Of a stretch of 64,000 nt of DNA, positions 62,197 through 64,000 are shown one piece after another. Within the stretch, counting starts at the first letter, position 1; each line of letters opens with the position of its first letter. Made by a program: the position numbers and the translations under genes. The stretch is from an uncultured Gemmatimonadaceae bacterium (GTDB lineage: Bacteria > Gemmatimonadota > Gemmatimonadetes > Gemmatimonadales > Gemmatimonadaceae), in the NCBI GenBank assembly GCA_963817955.1, contig CAWFQK010000009.1, positions 64,001-128,000 of the forward strand, written 5' to 3'. The notes beneath the pieces are model-generated. The model was given only the letters and a program-made list of their open reading frames with translations, was not told the origin of the DNA and ran no database searches.

Positions 62197-62949
62197 ATGT
62201 CTGACGCCTCGGTCGCCTATCTGCTGCGGCTTGCCGACGACCGTCTGGTGCTCGGCCACCGGCTGTCGGAGTGGTGCGGTCACGGCCCCATCCTGGAGGA
62301 GGACATCGCGCTCGCCAACATGGCGCTCGATCTGATCGGCAATGCCACGTTGCTGTTCACCGTGGCCGGCGAGTGCGAGGGGCGCGGGCGGAACGAGGAC
62401 GCGCTGGCCTACCTCCGCGACGCTGTCGACTTTCGCAATGCCTTGATCGTCGAGCTTCCGAAGGGTGACTTCGGCTTCACGATCGTGCGCCAGTACCTGT
62501 TCAGCGTCTATTCGCTCCTGCAGATGGAGGCCCTGCAGCGCAGCACGAATGCTGATCTCGGGGGAATCGCGGCCAAGGCGGTGAAGGAAGCGCGGTACCA
62601 CGTGCGGCACACGGCCCAGTGGGTGGTCACGCTCGGCGACGGCACCGCGGATAGTCACACCCGAGCACAGAACGCGCTCGATGATCTGTGGCGATACACC
62701 GGTGAGCTGTTCATGACGGACGTCGTGGATCAGGAGGCTGCGAGCTCGGGGCTCGGCATTGATCCAGCGACCCTTGCCCAGGCCTGGCGCGCACAGGTGG
62801 AGGATGTCCTGCAGCGCGCTACGCTGACCATTCCGAACGTCAGCTACATGCAGCGCGGCGGACGCGACGGGTTGCACACTGAGCATCTCGGGCACCTGTT
62901 GGCGGAGATGCAGATCGTTGCTCGCTCGCATCCTGGGGCGGCTTGGTGA
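62197..62949 (+). CDS. paaC: Phenylacetyl-CoA epoxidase subunit C
   Basis: LVLGHRLSEWCGHGPILEEDIAL, KAVKEARYH, LGDGT, GLHTEHLGHLLAEMQ..HPGAAW. Confidence 0.95.
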   Translation: MSDASVAYLLRLADDRLVLGHRLSEWCGHGPILEEDIALANMALDLIGNATLLFTVAGECEGRGRNEDALAYLRDAVDFRNALIVELPKGDFGFTIVRQYLFSVYSLLQMEALQRSTNADLGGIAAKAVKEARYHVRHTAQWVVTLGDGTADSHTRAQNALDDLWRYTGELFMTDVVDQEAASSGLGIDPATLAQAWRAQVEDVLQRATLTIPNVSYMQRGGRDGLHTEHLGHLLAEMQIVARSHPGAAW

Positions 62950-63452
62950 CGACCCACGACGTGCCGTCGCGTGGCGATCTGTTCGAGATCCTCGACGCCG
63001 TGAAGGATCCTGAAGTGCCTGTGATCAGCATTGTGGAACTGGGCATTGTGCGAGACGCCCAGGCGACACAGGCGGGCGTGGAGGTTACGGTGACGCCCAC
63101 GTATTCCGGGTGTCCGGCCATGCGAGAGATCGAGACGGAGATCCGCCGCGTGCTCCAGGAGCAGGGGTTTGGCCCGGTGACGATTCGGACGGTGTACTCG
63201 CCGGCCTGGACTACGGATTGGATAGGCGCCGCGGCGCGGGAGAAGCTCGAGTCCTACGGCATTGCGCCGCCCCGCCCGGTGGACGCTTCTGACGAGTTGG
63301 TCACCATTGGCCGACGGGTGGCGCCGCCTCGCTGTCCATACTGCAAATCGACGCAGACCGTGCGGCAAAGCGAGTTCGGGTCGACGGCCTGCAAGGCGAT
63401 CTGGCTCTGTCGCGACTGCCGTCAGCCGTTCGAGGAGTTCAAGGCGATCTGA
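62946..63452 (+). CDS. paaD: Phenylacetyl-CoA epoxidase subunit D (PaaD/PaaJ)
   Basis: DPEVPVISIVELGIVR, TPTYSGCPAM, PAWTTDWI, CPYC..FGSTACKA..CRDCRQPFEEFK. Confidence 0.95.
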   Translation: MTTHDVPSRGDLFEILDAVKDPEVPVISIVELGIVRDAQATQAGVEVTVTPTYSGCPAMREIETEIRRVLQEQGFGPVTIRTVYSPAWTTDWIGAAAREKLESYGIAPPRPVDASDELVTIGRRVAPPRCPYCKSTQTVRQSEFGSTACKAIWLCRDCRQPFEEFKAI

Positions 63453-63465
63453 CGGCGGTGGTCCA

Positions 63466-63918
63466 TCACCGCTGCAATGGCAGCGTCGTGGTCTCCTTCA
63501 CGGTCGTCAAGGCGATCGACGTGCGCGCCCGCGCCACTCCGTATTTGTCCTTGAGCGTGTTCGTCAGGAACCGCTCCAGGTCTCCGGTCGTCCGGCAGCG
63601 CACCTTCAGCAAATAGTCGTCGTCGCCGGCAATGTGGTGGCATTCCACCACTTGCTCGTGCCTGGCAATGCCCTTGAGGAACGCCGGCCGGTGAGCCGGA
63701 TCGCCGAGCGTGACGTGCACGAAGGCGAGCAGGGGCAACCCGAGCGCATCGGGATTGGCGATCGCACGATATCCAACGATGATCGCGTGCTCCTCGAGCT
63801 TGCGCACGCGCTCCGCCGCCGCAGGCGGCGAGAGCGCGAGCGCCTCACCGACCTCCGTCCACGGAGCGCGGCCCCGCTCCATCAGCAGTGCGAGCGCCTT
63901 GTAATCCAAATCATCCAT
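63466..63918 (-). CDS. Lrp/AsnC-family transcriptional regulator
   Basis: MDDLDYKAL..LSPPAAAERVRKLEE..VVECHHIAGDDDYLLKV. Confidence 0.93.
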   Translation of the reverse strand: MDDLDYKALALLMERGRAPWTEVGEALALSPPAAAERVRKLEEHAIIVGYRAIANPDALGLPLLAFVHVTLGDPAHRPAFLKGIARHEQVVECHHIAGDDDYLLKVRCRTTGDLERFLTNTLKDKYGVARARTSIALTTVKETTTLPLQR

Positions 63919-63946
63919 GGGTTCTCACCTTTGACAAACTCGTCCA

Positions 63947-63975
63947 TTGACGATCAATACCGTTGATAGTAAAGT
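63947..63975 (+). promoter_or_regulatory. Putative sigma70 promoter divergent from lrp
   Basis: TTGACG-N17-TAAAGT with the inverted repeat ATCAA-N5-TTGAT in the spacer; target gene is outside the window. Confidence 0.5.
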
Positions 63976-64000
63976 TCCGACATGAAGTAACGAACTATTC

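Overview
High-GC bacterial window; gene content and lipoprotein style suggest Gemmatimonadota, which is inference only. Left to right: (1) a minus-strand operon for anaerobic aromatic-ring reduction, with a Thauera-type class I benzoyl-CoA reductase (bcrCBAD) directly followed by a three-subunit 4-hydroxybenzoyl-CoA-reductase-like molybdoenzyme, opposite a 3-hydroxyacyl-CoA dehydrogenase/enoyl-CoA hydratase fusion; (2) a cold-shock protein and a PPi-type phosphofructokinase; (3) an unannotated Phe-rich leader-peptide attenuator ahead of an ACT-less pheA and an aminotransferase; (4) a TonB-dependent receptor, then two tandem excisionase-HTH/PTS-EIIA regulators heading a seven-gene energy-converting-hydrogenase-related (Ehr) membrane complex that lacks the NiFe ligands and has a degenerate ferredoxin domain; (5) a 2852-aa cyclic beta-1,2-glucan synthase; (6) assorted lipoproteins, a GbsR/MarR regulator with an MFS pump, and a GNAT plus NSAR/OSBS pair; (7) aerobic aromatic catabolism genes (acetoacetyl-CoA ligase, hppD, hmgA, paaABCD, Lrp) plus a SNF2 helicase. 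A dispersed 7-bp tandem-repeat family, CG[AG]GA[CG]A, occurs at six gene junctions. Regions ~1-7320 and ~52100-54200 are dense with frameshifts, most likely uncorrected read errors. No rRNA, tRNA, CRISPR array or mobile element was seen.
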